Below, piece by piece: positions 35,592 to 52,651 of a stretch of 64,000 bases of DNA. Source of the stretch: the human T2T-CHM13v2.0 reference genome, Homo sapiens. Made by a program: the position numbers and the translations under genes. The notes below the pieces were generated by a model. That model had not been told where the DNA came from and ran no database searches. It was given only the letters and a program-made list of their open reading frames with translations. The stretch is from the NCBI RefSeq assembly GCF_009914755.1, contig NC_060926.1, one strand, 5' to 3'. The stretch's first letter is position 1, and each line of letters starts with the position of its first letter.

Positions 35592-36444
35592 GCATTTTTT
35601 TCATAATAATGTATCATGAACATCAGATTAGTAAATACTAGTATAAAACATCCTGTTTTGTTTTTCTAATTTCTTGACAAACATAATTTTATATAAGTAA
35701 TATTATGTCATCCTGGCAGTTTTTTATTGTCCTAACCTTCTCTCTCCCTACCCTACCACTGGACCATTTCCCACACACACACATGCTAGTTAACCCGTGT
35801 TTCTCTCCTGGTTTCTGTCCTTCCTTCCTCACTTTCCTTCTTGTGCTTATTCATATACTAACACAGATATGGTACGGCAACATGAACAAAATAGCACACA
35901 TACACACACTCAAATTGAGTTTATAAATAGTTTTGAATATAAAATGTCTACAACTTGGTTTTGGTTTCTTGTAGGAGCATATCATGTCTGACATGTGATG
36001 GGAGAATCCATTCACATTTAATATTACAACTGATATACCGAACTTTTTTCCACCAGCCTGTATTTGTTTGTGTATTTCACCACACTGTACTTGTAACTGA
36101 TGACTAATTGGTTAGTCTTCTGCTGTTTTCTCAGATATTTATCTGAGAAATTTCTCTAAATACATGCTATATTCATTGAGACTCTTCATCATGGAATCCC
36201 ACTGATCTGATACCAGGGAATATGCTGGTCCAATAAGCTAATTTTTCAGATAACTAAAACTCATGCCTTTAAATATTAGTTATTAGGTGGCATGATATGG
36301 TTAGAAAAATGGGCTTTGGAATCATAAAAACCTGTCTTCAAGCCAGTGTGACCTTGGACAAGTTATTTATTTGTACTTTTGTTTTCTCATTTGTAAGACA
36401 GAAATACCTTCCAGGACTGGTGGAAGGAATTACATGTCTAGAAC

Positions 36445-37965
36445 TTTGTATATGGAAACTGCAAATTTGCCAGCTGTATATCTGATATCCAAAATATTAA
36501 GGAAATCCTGTAATTCAGAAAAAAAAAGGGTTAAAGAGTTGAATAGAAATTTATCCAGAGAAGACATACAAATGGCAAACAGGCCAGAGAAAGGATGCTT
36601 GATATCACTAATCATTAGAGGAATGCAAATCACAACCGTAATGAGATATCACCTCACACCTGTTAAAATGGCTGTTATCAAAAAAATCAAAAGCTATTAA
36701 GTATTGATAAGGATGTGGAAAAAAGGGAACCCTTGTAACACTGTTGTTGGGAATGTAAAATGGTGTAGCTGCTATAGAAAACAGTACAGAAGTTCCTAAA
36801 AAAAATAAAAATAGAACTATCATTTGATCCAGCAATTCCAAATACTTCTAGATATTTATGCAGAAGAATTGAAATCAGTATCTCGAAGAGAGATTTACAT
36901 CTCCATATTCATTGCAGCATTATTCACAATAGCCAAGATGTGGAAACAACCTAAATGTCAATTGGTGGATGAGTGGATAAAGAAAATGTGGTATGGCTCA
37001 TTCCTGTGATCCCAACACTTTTTGAGGCCAAGGCATGAGGATGGCTCGAGCCCAGGAGTTTGAGACCAGCCTGAGCAACACAGGGAGACCCCATTTCTAC
37101 AAAAAATTTAAAAAGTAGCTGGGTATAGTGACAAATACCTGTGAAGCTAGTCTACTCAGGAAACTGAGTTGTGGGAAGATAACTTGAACCTGGGAGGTCA
37201 AGGCTATAGTGAGCCATGATTACGCCACTGTATTCCAGCTTAGGCGACAGAGCCAGACCCTCTCTGAAAGAAAAAAAGGTTATATATGTACTGTAATGGA
37301 ACATTATTTAGCCTTTAAAGATGGAAATCCTGCCATATGTAACAATGTTGATGAACCTTGAGGACATTATGTTGAGTAAAATAAGCCAGTCACAGGACAA
37401 ATACTGCCTTATTCCACAGTATGACCTCTAAAATAGTCAAACTTGGCTGGGCGCAGTGGCTCATACCTGTAATCCCAGCACTTTGGGAGGCCAAGGCAGG
37501 TGGATCACCTGAGGTCAGGAGTGTACACCAGCCTGGCCAACATGGTGAAACTTCATCTCTACTGAAAATACAAAAAACTAGCCGGGCATGGTGGTGCCGG
37601 TAGTCTCAGCTACTCAGGAGGCTGAGGCACAAGAAGCACTTGAACCTGGGAGGCAGAGGTTGCAGTGAGCCGAGATAGTGCCACTGCATTCTAGCCTAGG
37701 CAACAGGGCAAAATTCTGTCTCAAAAATACAGAAAATAAAATAGTCAAACTTGTAGAAGCAGAGAGTAGAATGGTCATTGCCAGGGGCTGCAGGGAGGGG
37801 GAAGTGGAGAGTTACTCTTCAGTGGATATAACATTTCTTTTATGCAAGATGAATGAACTCTGGAAATCTGCTATACTACATTTTGCCTATAGTCATATTG
37901 TGTTGTACACTTGAAATTTTATTAAAAGGGTAGCTCTCGTGTTTAAAACAAACAAAAAAAGAAAA
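36445..37965 (+). mobile_element. L1MB-like 3' end interrupted by two Alus
   Basis: gaagacatacaaatggc...atgagatatcacctcacacc...gcagcattattcacaatagccaagat; degenerate ORF2 C-terminal peptides in the ORF track. Confidence 0.85.
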
Positions 37966-38444
37966 ACAGTTATGGTGTCTTTGAAGGATTTGTGACATCC
38001 ATTTTAATAGTTCACATGTCTTTAGCACTTAACCTGTTTCTGAGCTCTGTTCCAGATCATTGTAATGAGTGAATACTTCTCCAAAAAGCAAGTATGAAAG
38101 CTTGAAGAAATCATAGAGAATCATTAGTTTATCCTTAAAGCAACAAATATTTTTATTTTGGCTCTTACTCCCAATTAGACTAAATGTAGTAAGATGTGAA
38201 TTTTTTTAGTGTGACTTTTTTCCTGATTAATATGTTTTCTGTGTAACATGAATCTACGTCATTGTTCTTTTCTGGCTCGTCAAACCAATACCTTTTCAAT
38301 GACACTACCTTTTTGGGTTTAAGAAAAGTTATCTTTTTGTTTACCTCACTGAATTTGAAGTCTACATTTTTACAAGAACACTCAGCTGAGAAATGAAAAA
38401 TAAATCACATTAATTTTCAGAGTTACATAAAGAAAAATATGTGT

Positions 38445-39170
38445 AGCAGATTCTCAGTATTTGTAGACTTTGTATTTGCAAATCTGCCTATTTGCTGAAA
38501 TTATTTGTAACCCCTAAATTGATACTTATTGTACTTTCTTTTTCATTCGTGGACACGTTCAGTGTGGCAAAAAAGTTTGAATCATCAGGCAAGCACATTC
38601 CCATCTGAGGTCAAACAAGGCACATGCTGCCTCCCTGTTTCAGTTCTTCTATTATAAACAATTGTCCTTTTCAGTCTATTTAGTGCCACGTTGTTCACAC
38701 TTTTTGGGTTTTTGTTTGAAATGGCTCCCAAACAATGCTGATTTTCTGTCTTGTGTTACTAAGCACAAGAAAGCTCTGCTGTGTGTTCAAGCATGAGTTG
38801 GTACTGGCCATCAGTTCAGTGTTAACGAATCAACAATACAGTACATCCAGAAAAAGAGGAAATTCACAGATGTGTATGTGAGGCCACTCTAGAAAGTCCT
38901 AAAATAACATCCGAAATAGATGACAAAGTTATGAAAAAGATGGAAAGGCAGCTGGATTGGTGGATTCATAAGATGATGAATGAGTTTATCTTCCTGTTTT
39001 GGGGGATTTTTTTTTTCCTTTCTCTTGGCTTCTCAATATGATAACCAAGTTTTTAAAAAACCATAGTGGACAGCATTGTTGTGAAACTGAAAGCCAAAGA
39101 AATTCATGATCATGTTACCCAGGGTCAGGAAAATGGTAAACACTCCTCAAATAGTGTTTTGTTATCAAGA
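38445..39170 (+). mobile_element. Tigger-family DNA transposon fragment (Tigger6-like)
   Basis: tatttgcaaatctgcctatttgctgaaattatttgtaacccc...catctgaggtcaaacaagg resembles a Tigger 5' end; subfamily uncertain. Confidence 0.6.
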
Positions 39171-39182
39171 AATACTGCGAAG

Positions 39183-39470
39183 GGCCAAGGACGGTGGCTC
39201 ATGGCTGTGATCCCAGCACTTTGGGAGGCCGAGGCGGGTGATCACTTGAGACCAAGAGTTGGGGACCAGCCTGGCCAACATGGTGAAACACCATCTCTAC
39301 TAAAAATACAAAAATTAGCCAGGTGTGGTGGCGGGCACCTGTAATCCCAGCTACTCAAGAGGCTGAGGTAGGAGAAACACTTGAACCCAGGAGGCAGAGG
39401 TTGCTGTGAGCCGAGATGGCACCACTGCGCTCCATCCTGGATGACAGAGCGAGACTCCTTCTCAAAAAGA
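39183..39470 (+). mobile_element. Alu
   Basis: TSD aagaaatactgc. Confidence 0.92.
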
Positions 39471-41810
39471 AATACTGCAGAGTTTTTACATTTCTAGAAT
39501 CTCATTTGTCTTCACAGTGTCCTTCTAAAAAGGATAAGAATATGTATTTGTTTTTATTTTACATGTAGACACTATGAAATTTCAACCCTATATATCTTCA
39601 TTTAATTGGTCTGGCCCTGATCTTAAGCCTGAGCAACATTATTTTTTGATGCCCTCCAGGTGATTCTAGTGGGAGCCAAGAATTGAAACCCTCTGGCCTA
39701 CACTAACCAGCCCTTTAGTCTGGTTTTTATTCATGCCTTCAGCTGTCCACAAGTAGCTATAGCCCAGTAAAACTTTACACATTAGCAGAGAAGTCATGAT
39801 GTCTATCACTGTTTATTAGTAGATTTTCATCTGAAATCCAGTATCCTGACATAAAACTATAAATTACTACATATCAACAAGTTTATAAATTTCTAGATCT
39901 TAGATGGAAAGTGTATCTTAAACTCTAGGTTACAGGGTCTTGATCCATACAGTCTTACTATGTTTTAGATGCTAAATGGACTCTAGTAGCCTTCATTTTA
40001 TTACAAGATTATAAGGAATAAGATTCCTATAAGAACACAAAGTGAGTCTTTGTTTTGAAAAATGTCTTACTTAGCTTGGGTTGCTTAGCAAAATTGTTTT
40101 CTTACAGAGGTTCCTTGTGTAGAAAGGTAGAATTTGAATTATTATGTCTACTTTCAGCTCATCCTTTCAGTTCACTGAGGCAACTTTGTGTTTGGATTGG
40201 ATTGTGTTGTTACTTATCATTATGAAGATTGAGCACAGCCTGATACAAGTCAACATATACTGTCACTTTAAGCGAGCAAAGTACTAGTCAGGGACACTAA
40301 TTTTACAACAACTCATGAGATTTTTCTCAGTCCTTAGTGTGGAGAGAAAATTAGTTTGATACCAGCAGCCTTCAAAAGTGGGCAAGTGAGTTGGATATCT
40401 TCAAAATGCTCTCATTTTTACCGGTTCTTCTCCTATTTTCCCTTTCATTTTCACTATTTTTATCTTGAAATTCAAAACGATAATACCTTTGTCTTTGATC
40501 TATATTCTCAAAGGGGTAGCATACAGACAGGAACTTGAAAAGACTATAGCCTTTTTTTAAGAACCTTTAAAAAATGTTTCACAGAATCTTTATGAAATTA
40601 TGAAAAAGAAAACCTACTTTTAAGTCTTTTTCCCTTTTTTCTGTCCACAGTCTGTTTTTCCTCATTTTTGTATCCTAGTATTTCTCTAGTGTCCCTTTTG
40701 TCCTACTTGTGATACCTCTCTTGTATTCATTTTATTTCTCCTAAGCTTCTAGTTTGACATTTTCAGTTTTTTGTTTGCCTCAGCTATCCTTTGAAATAAT
40801 TGTTGATAATAAGTCTGTCGATCTGAACTATATCTTTTGGTAAAGTTTTACTTCTCTCGTTATTAAAAATGAAGTTACTAACAGCTTAGAGAAATAAAAT
40901 GTAATAAATAAAATTTTGATTTTGCAAGATAAGTTCAAGAGATGTGCTGTACAAGACTTTGTCTACAGATAAATATTGTATTATACACTTAAAACTCTGT
41001 GAGGATAGATCTTGTGTTAAGTGTTTTTACACCAATAAGAATATGTTTTAAACTGAGCAAACCAATATACCCTACAGCATATCTGCACTGATAACCTATG
41101 TATGATTTTGTAGCACTAACAGAATAGATGAAGAAAGATACTGTTGAAGGAATAAAATGTAAAAGAAAAAAAGTTACTTTCACTGCTAAAACATTGCCTT
41201 TTCAGAACATTCATTTCTTCTTTAGTGGATATAAAAGAGGTTTTTTTTGTTTGTTTGTTTCTTTTTTTCTTTTTTACCATTTTTGTGGGCATGTGTTTAT
41301 TAGCAAAATTTATTAGTAAATTGTTTTATTCACCAAAAAATGTTAAAGGAGAAGGGAAGAGGGTGCTTTAGCTATTTCATTTTTGTGAACTCACCAAAAT
41401 GAGTGATAATGGTAATACTTTGGATTTAAATTATTTAGGTACCTTTAAGGAATAGGAGAGGCAACATTTCATGAAAAAACCTCTTTATCCATAATTGATC
41501 ACACCGAGTATTTGTGGTGCTTCCTCAGCCTCTCAATGAGTTTCTGTTTTTGAAAAATACTTCTCTTATATCTGTATTTTGTCTATTAAAACAGTCTTTC
41601 CTCTATGTACCTTGTTTAGGTCTTTCTGGTTAAACATACATAGTCATTGTAGAAAATTTGAAAATATTTGAAATTTCAAGTGTTTGATGACAAATCAACC
41701 ACAGCCTTAGCACCCAGAAATAATCACTGATAAATTTTGATGTACCTCACCAAAGTCATTTTTCAGTGTGCATACATATATATGAACTATGTTAGCAATC
41801 AAATTTTTTA

Positions 41811-43178
<1,368 letters not shown>

Positions 43179-43524
43179 TTAGGATAGAAAAAAATTAGTT
43201 TGAGACTCTTTAAAAAAAAAGGCCAAAAATTAGTCCAGTAGCGGTCTTTGAAGTGAACTTGAAGTGGGAAGAACCCCCAGGCAGAAGGATATCGTATTAT
43301 GTGCATCAGGTGGTGGCACCCTCAGCTGTGGTAGTGGCAGTAGGAGGGGGATTAATCTGGGGTGCACTTTGAAAGAAGAAACAAATATTTTATGTTAAGT
43401 GAGGATTAAGGAAAGATTTGAGATATCTTAATGGGTAATGCCCCACTAGCAGCAATACATGTTGGGATTGAAAATCAGTGTAACTGTTATTTGGGTATCA
43501 TTTACTTTAACATACCTACTAGAT

Positions 43525-43867
43525 CTAAGGTCGGCAGACTTTTTCTGAAACACGCCAAATAGGAAATATTTGAGGCTTTGTAAGCCAAAATACAGAATTG
43601 TGGATTCTATTTAGGTATTTATATAACAAGGGGAAAAATAAGTTTCCATAAATTTTTATTGCTAAAATTCAAAATATAATAATGAGCACAATGGATTTAT
43701 TTTGGGTGGCAGATAACATTTTACTTAATTGGGGTTCAAAGTTAGTGTTCTTTGTCATCAAGTTGATTTCAGATGTTCATCTGTAAAAACCATTCTTAGC
43801 TTGGAGGCAATACAGAAGCAAGCAGTGGTCTGGGTTTTGCCTATAGGCCATAGTTTGCCAACTCCTG
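43525..43867. mobile_element. MER58B-like hAT element
   Basis: Termini ..ggtcggcagac / gtttgccaactcctg; perfect 8-bp TSD tactagat (43517-43524, 43868-43875). Confidence 0.8.
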
Positions 43868-44253
43868 TACTAGATGGTTGATAGCCAGCAAAAAAAAAAG
43901 ACAAAGAGGCAGTGGTCACAAATGAAGACCAACAACTTAGGAAAAAGGAGTGTGGAAGCCAACATACAAGGAGATTTCAAAGATTAATAGTCAGATGTTG
44001 TAGGGGGTGAGGAAGGAAGAGAGTTGAAGACCATTAAAGGGAATAAAAAACACTGGCTGTGACCAGAAGAGGTCATTTGTAACCTTGAGATAGTATGTGG
44101 TAAAGTAAAAAGGACTCTTAAGAAAAAAATAACAAGTTCAGATGGTTCATGAAGTATTATGGACAAAAGGTCATAGTATTTATTCAAAAAGAGGAAAGAT
44201 GTAACTACTTTGAAAACTAGAAGAGAAAGAACTAAAGGAGAAAAGAATTCTTA

Positions 44254-44545
44254 GGCCAGGTGCAGTGACTGACACCTGTAATCCCAGCACTCTGGGAGGC
44301 TGAGGCATGTGGATCATCTGAGGTCAGGAGTTCAAGACCAGCCTGGCCAACATAGCAAAACCACATCTCCTAAAAATACAGAATTAGCCGGGCTTGGTGG
44401 CACCCGCCTGTGATCCCAGCCACTTGGGAGGCTGAGACAGGAGAATAGCTTGAACCCGGAGGCAGAGGTTGCAGTGAGCCAAGATCACGCCATTGCACTC
44501 CAGCCTGGGGAACAAGAGCGAAACTGCCTCAAAAAAAAAAGAAAA
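44254..44545 (+). mobile_element. Alu
   Basis: Dimer with A tail. Confidence 0.92.
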
Positions 44546-44974
44546 TAATTAATTTAACATGAGACAAAAAGGAATGATTCTCTAAATCTTCCCTACCTAC
44601 TTTTGAATTATTCTTCAGTTTAGATTTTTACAGCTTTTATTCCTCAAGTAACTTCTAAACTTTTCCCAATTGTTTTTAAAAATCCACAGTGACTATTTTT
44701 ACTGCCTAAGGTTTTGAATGGCTATTGCCAAACTTGCTGTTTTAGATATTTCTTGAGGCCACAAGCAACCTATATAACAAGCAGTCCCCTGAGATAGGCC
44801 AACCCAGTTTACAAGGTAGAAGAGGTATGTGTTGGAAGTGTCCCTCTAGCATATCCTGTGTATTTTATTTTTTGAATAATTTCCAGGTCTTGGGAGTGTG
44901 CTGACTTTGGCATCTTACGTGGTATCAGGGACAATATGAGGGATATTGAAGAAAGGATCTTTAAAACTTGCATC

Positions 44975-47010
44975 CTCCTGACTTCTGTTTTTAGCCAAAA
45001 TGGAGTAATATAGACTGGATTTAACTCCTACCTTAACCAAAAAGCCAGAAATTATGTGAAACAGTAGTTTCTAGATATTGGACATGGGACATTGAAGAAC
45101 AGTAAACCCTGAGAGGGAGAAACAAAAGAAGTGAGTCTTAGGATTGCCCCAGCTTAGTGCCACAAGAATGTTTCCCAGACACAGCTCAGGGAGGGGGAAC
45201 CCAACCAGAGTCTCTGAGTTAGGAGATGGAGTTGGGACTTAAGGAAGCCAAGGTAGCTAGAGTTTACAGGGCAGAATACTGAAGAGAAGAGAGCTCTAGA
45301 GATCTCTGGAGGGACCTCCTTGAGTCTTAGTTGAAGAGATTGGTGCATATGTTTGCAAACACTACTTGAGGCCAGGAAAAGAACCACTCAAAAGGAGCAG
45401 ACACAAACAATCCCTGGAACTCACCCAAGGACAGTAATCATTTGTAGTCCTACCAGCCACTGGCAAAACTTCATAATACAGGAAGCAACAAGTAGAGGAC
45501 TTAAAAGGACACTATCTCAATATGGAGGAAAATTGGTCCTAGATTAAAGGCTGCTCTGTTTGGCTCTAAGCTTCCTGTTGCCCGCCCCCCAAAAGCATTT
45601 AAAAACAAAAGGCTGCTGTCGTCCTGCCTGAAAAATCATAAAAGCAAAACCCAAAAGAATTAAATTATTTCCAGACAAGTTAACTATGGTCCAGAACAAA
45701 GCTCAAAAATACTGTTACAAATTACAAGAGTATCCAACACCCAACAAGGTTAAATTCACAATTTAGTCTTGACTCCAATCAGAAATTACCTGTCTCCAAT
45801 CAAAAATTACTGAGAATGCAGAGAATCAGGAAACTAAGGCTAATAATGAGGAGAAAAATCACTGAGTTGAAACTGACTGTGAAACAATGCCAGTATAAAA
45901 ATCAGAGAGGGAAAATGATTAACAAAGCATCATTGCTCTTAAGGGGCTAATTCATGTGTAACAGGCATCCTCAAAAGAGAGAAAAGGGAAAAAAAATATT
46001 TGAGTAAGTGATGGTTGAAGTTTTTCAAAATTTGATGAAAATTATAAACCCACAGATCCAACAAGCTCAGCAAATCCAAGCAAAAGAAATGTGAAGAAAA
46101 CATCTTAAAAAGTTATAGAGAAAATCTTAAAAGCAGCCAGAGGGGGAAAAGAGCCATTGCATACAGAGGAACACAGTTAAGAATGTCAGCCGACTTAGAA
46201 GCAATACAAGCCAGAAGACAGTGGAGCAACATCTTTATTTGAAGAAGTGAAAGAAAGAAAACTTGCATTCTATACCTGTAAAAATATTTTTCAGAAACAG
46301 AGATTTCAAACACACAAAAGCTGAATTAATTGCCAGCCACCTCGCACTGTGAGAACTGTTAAAGGAAGTTTTTCAGACAGAAGGAAAATGATACCAATGG
46401 AAATTGGTGGTACACAAAAGAATACAAATAAAAGGTAAGCAATATACAGGCTTAAAAAACAAATATATTTTTGTCCTTCTGACAAGGGCTCGTGTGTATA
46501 ATAAATCAAGAATTCTCAAACCAACCACCTGGGGAAACAGTTTGTTTTAAACGTTAAACCCAATTATTCCACTTCCAAGTATTTAAGAAAAATGAATACT
46601 AGAAGAAACCCAAATGTCCACCCACAGGTGAATGGATACAATCCATGGTATATTCATCAGTGGAATATTACTTAGCAATAAAAAAAGATCTGTTGATAAC
46701 AGCAACATGGATGAATCTCATAATTATCCTGAGCGAAAAAAGAAAAAGGCCAAAAAATATATATAAACCACATTATTCCATTGATATTATAGAAAATAAC
46801 AACCTAATCTCTGTTGACAGCAGACAGATCAGTGGTTGCCTGGAGCCAGGAGGCTGGGAAGAGTTTATGGGGAAGAAGGGAAGGTGGGACTACAAAGGGG
46901 CACAAGGCAACTTTGGTGAGGCTTTATGGTGTGCATATACATAAAACTCTTTAAATTATATACTTTATGTGTGGTTTATTTTCTATAAATTATACCTCAG
47001 TAAAACTATA
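44975..47010 (+). mobile_element. Old L1 5'UTR/ORF1 remnant followed by a 3'-end fragment
   Basis: aaaatcttaaaagcagccagag...agccagaagacagtggagcaacatcttt is ORF1-like; cccaaatgtcca...tggaatattacttagcaataaaaa is 3'-end-like. Confidence 0.65.
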
Positions 47011-47029
47011 AAATAATCTGAGTCTTAAA

Positions 47030-47318
<289 letters not shown>

Positions 47319-47796
47319 TTCTTTTCTAATAGTTTAAACAAAGACTAGTTTTGGATAAAGTGAAAAGAAATACTGTAAAACTAACAAATTATTAAAAACA
47401 AGAGTAAGAATTTGTGAGGTTAAGATAGGCCACAGGGCATTTAATGGAGGAATAAAGGTAGACTTGAACTAACTGTAAAACCTGTTACAGAGTCATATTG
47501 AAATGTTAAAATTTAATCAAAAGTGTTTTTTTCAAAAAGCAAATGACTAAAAACTCCTTTCAGCCAGAGGTGAGAGATCGGGGGGAAACAAAAAAACAAT
47601 AAAAAGAAAGTCCAAATACCTATGTTGCACCAGCCTGACCAACATAGTGAAGCCCCACCTTTACTAAAAATACAAGAAATTAGCTGGAAGTGGTGGCATA
47701 CTCCTGTAATCCCAACAAAATACATGTAAAACCTTTATGCCCAAAACCATCTTGTGATGTGGAAGATTTGTACTCCCTATGGTTTATATCTTAGAA

Positions 47797-47946
47797 CAGA
47801 TGTCAGAAAACTACAGCCCACAATCAAAGAATGGTTTTTAAATTTGTAAAGGATTATTATTTTTTAACTCCTAAGTGACCATGTGTTACTCAGAGTTAAA
47901 ATATATACTAGCTGGCTCTTGCAGAAAAAGTTTACCAGCATCTGCC
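47797..47946. mobile_element. MER58A-like hAT fragment
   Basis: cagatgtcagaaaactacagccca ... gaaaaagtttaccagcatctg termini. Confidence 0.55.
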
Positions 47947-48299
47947 TTAAAAAAACCTTGGCAGATAGGTATCAGAGACATGTTTATGAATGTTTGTAGC
48001 AACAATGTTTAGCCTAATACTGGAAGTAATCCAAATAAAATGGAATAGAATGTGTAAGTATATTTTGATGTATTCATTTCAGACACTACTATACAACAAA
48101 GAAAATTACTAAAGTACAACTACTTGTATCCAATTGGTTGAGTCTCACAGATATGATACTGAGTAATTAAGAAACAGTCATAAAATAATCTATTATTCCA
48201 TTTATTTAGGATCAAAAACAGTCAAAACTCAACTATGTTCTTTTGGGATACATATATATGTGGTAAAATTATACAAGAAATAAAAAGCAAGTAAGTACT

Positions 48300-48987
<688 letters not shown>

Positions 48988-49104
48988 AGGCAGGGATGCT
49001 TCTAAGATACTAGCAATGTTCTGTTTCCCAATCTGAATGAAGTTACATAGATAATTATTTTGTTATTATACTTAATTTAAACTGTAATATATTTCTAAGC
49101 ACTC

Positions 49105-49503
49105 TATATTCGTCTGTTCTCGCATTGCTATAAAGAAATGCCTGAGACTGAGTAATCTATAAAGAAAAGAGGTTTAATTGGCTCACAGCTCCGCAGGCTG
49201 CATAGGAAGCATAGTGGCTTCTAGGGAGGCCTCGGGAAACTTCAATTATGGCAGAAGGCAAGAGGGAAGCAGGCACATCTTACATGGCTGGAGCCCGAGG
49301 AAGAGAAGAGTGGGGGGAGCACCACACACTTTTTAAAGAACCAGATCTCATGAGAACTCACTGTACAGTACCAAGGGGGAATGGTGCTAAACCATTAGAA
49401 ACCACCTCCATGATCCAGTCACCTCCCAGCAGGCCCCACCTCCAGCGTTGGGGATTACATTGTGAATGAGATTTAGGTGGAGACACACATCCAAACAATA
49501 TTA
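49105..49503. mobile_element. MaLR solo LTR (MSTB-like)
   Basis: cattgctataaagaaatgcctgagactg...ggggattaca motifs; 5-bp TSD cactc (49100-49104, 49504-49508). Confidence 0.88.
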
Positions 49504-49508
49504 CACTC

Positions 49509-49572
<64 letters not shown>

Positions 49573-49637
49573 TAGATAGATAAGATAGATTGATTAGATG
49601 GATTAGATAGATAGATAGATAGATAGATAGATTAGAT
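49509..49637. repeat. Compound (AGAT)n tetranucleotide STR
   Basis: Direct reading; abuts the MST LTR TSD. Confidence 0.97.
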
Positions 49638-51397
49638 ATTCCAAACCCCAAAAAATAGCAAAATCATTCGAAGAGAGGCCTAAATATATAGAAGACTTTA
49701 GGAGAAAAAAAGCTAACAGAATGGGAGGAGAGGAATTGAAGACAATAAATAGAGACAGCCTTTGAAGAGAATTGCTTTCATAAGGATAAGCGTTGAATTG
49801 GATTCGTATATGGAGAGGATGAAGTCAAGACAGAGGATCCTTTTTTGATTGAAAGATAGATGCATGTGTTTGTATGCTGAAGGGAAAGGCTTAGTAGATA
49901 CAGAAGATTTGCCTCTGCAAGGGACAAGAGAGAGAGTTGTAAGGTCCCCAGGGAGGGTGAGAGCCACCACAAAAATGGAAGCGGGTTAGCCTTAGATAAC
50001 AGTGCAGAGGATTTCATGGGCAGTAAACGAGGACAAGGAGAGTATAAGGATACAGATATGGGTAGATGGATAGATATGGCAGCAAGAGAAATTCTCTTCT
50101 GATTGCTTTGCTTTTCTCAGTGAATTAGTCAAGATATCAAGTACATTATCAGAGTAGAAGAATGTTCTAAAGTTTTGTAAATGTAGAAATCCATTACAGC
50201 TATATTAAGACTAATATTCAAAGGAAAGAAGCAAGATACAGGGGAAATGTGACAAGTATGCCTAATAAAAGCTTATTATATAGAACATTTTTATCACTTC
50301 TCTATGTTCTAAGATGGTAACAGTGAGACTACAAGTAAATAATCCATAGAGATAAATTGTTACTCGAAGAAAACTGATAGTAAGTTTTCACATGGGAAAA
50401 TGTTGTCTTACCAGCAATCCAAAAAATGAGAATTAAGGCAACTTGAACACAAAAAGTAGGCTAAAACATATAGTTAGCAATACTGTGCATAGAGACGTTT
50501 AAACATTACTGGTTGCTAGGCATATCAAGCCCATTTTTCTATAAATCAGTCGGGATATTTAACAAAATGCAAAATTGCTGTACTTTTAAATTCTACCTCT
50601 AAAATTTTATCACAAAGATAATCCACCCCAGAATTTAAATTGTGGCTAAACAAATTATAACAGTGCTATTATTAACATAAGAATCCAAATAAAAAGATGC
50701 AAAAAAAAAAACATGGAGTAACCTGGTAACCTTTGAATAGTTTAAATTTTCTTCTCCATTTATTTTTCTGCTAGGCTGATTAAGTTTAGCTTAAGTCATA
50801 GTGAGATTTACTTAGTTGTCACAGACCGTTTCTCAGATAGTGGGACCAGTGAGTTTTAAAGGTGTTTGTTCTGTGTTAATTGCTCCAGTATCTTCAATTC
50901 AGAAGAATAAATGTTTGATATTCAGGCTGCTATAGTTCACAAATGGATTTTATTGATGACTTACAGCATTTTAAGTGAATAGAGCACATGTCTATTAAGT
51001 AATATTATTAAGTTCAGGAAGCTTGCTTAACTGCCATTGACAATAAGATGTAGGGTGGTTTAAAAAGGCAGAAAACCAAATGACTTAACACACCTTGACA
51101 ACTGTTCATAAATTTTCAAAGACATCGCTTCTAGTAGTCACTAAAAGCTGTAGTAGATGTATGACTTGCTTTTCAAATGAATCAATTATTGCTTGAGAAG
51201 AATACACTTGTTCCTATTCTCCCATCTAAAAAATAATTTGAAATAGCAGCCATGAAATATTTACAAAAACATAAAGAGAAAAGACACATGATGGCAGTTT
51301 ATTTTCATGTGGAATTTCCCATGCTATTAATTTTCCTAAGTCTCGACCTTTTGTGGGTGATTTCATACAACAGGATTTTGTAAATACTTTTCATGTA

Positions 51398-52394
51398 CAG
51401 TAGTCCCCCTTATCCAGAGGGTATATGTTCCAGGATCTCCCAGTGAATGCCTGAAACCATGGAATTGAACCTGTATGTACTATGTTTTTTCCTATACATA
51501 CATGCCTCCGATAAAGTTTTAATTTATAAATTAGGCACAGTGATAGATTAATAACTAATGATAGAACAATGATAACAATATACTGTAAGAAAAGTTACAG
51601 GAATGTGGTCTCTCAAAATATTGTACATTGGCCTGGCACAGTGGCTCACGCCTGTGATCCCAACACTTTGGGACACAGAGATGGGAGAATCGCTTGAGGC
51701 CAGTAGTTTGAGAGCAGCCTTGGGCAACATAACAAGACCTCATCTCTACCAAAAAAAAAAAAAAAAAAAAACTATAAAAATTAGCCAGGTGCAGTGGTGC
51801 ACACCTGTAGTCCTAGCTACTTGGGAGACTGACCTGATAGGATCACTTGCACCCCGGAGTTCAAGGTTACAGTGAGCTACAATCTTAACACTGCACTCCT
51901 GGGTCACAGAGCAAGACCCTATCTCCAAAAAATAATAATAAAGTAAATATATACACATGCATACATATAAATGTACTCATCCTTGTGGTGATGTGAGATG
52001 ATGAAATGCATATGTGATGAGATGAAGTGAGGTGAGGTGAATGATTGTAGGCGTTGTGACATAATGTTTGGCTACTGTTGACTCTCCAACAGGATGTCAG
52101 GAGGAGGATCATTTGATTCAGGTGATCTAGATCATCAAGTCGTGACAGTGTTGATAGCTAAATGTCAGGAGCAAAGAGTGTCCATGACTAACAGGCAGCA
52201 TGGATATGCTGGGCAAAGGGATGATTCACATCTTGGGCAGCACACCATGAGATTTCTTCATGCTACTCATAATGACATGCAATTTAAAACTTATAAAGTG
52301 TTTATTTCTGGCATTTTTAATACTTTTGGACCATGGTTGACTGAGGGTAACTGAAACCAAGGAAAGCAAAACCACAGATAAGGGGTGACTACTG
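51398..52394. mobile_element. MER44 (Tigger7-derived) element interrupted by an Alu
   Basis: TIRs cagtagtcccccttatc / gataaggggtgactactg; TA at the left end. Confidence 0.8.
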
Positions 52395-52651
52395 TGTGCA
52401 CCATTTTTATTCATTCTGCCATGTGCTTATTTATCTTGTTTTTAAACAGCTCTATTGAGATATAATTTATATACTATACAATTCACTTAACATGTACATT
52501 TCAGTAGCTTTTAGTGTATTTACAAATGTGTGCAACCATCACCGTGGTCAATTTTAAAACATTTTCATCACCCTCAGAAAGAAACCCTGAGGTGGAAGCA
52601 ACTCAAGTGTCTATCAACAGGTGGATAAAGAAAATGTGGTATGTACATACA

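Noticed and set aside
36371-37009. ORFs resembling the L1 ORF2 C-terminus
   Set aside because: Fragmented, frameshifted fossil L1; not a functional retrotransposon
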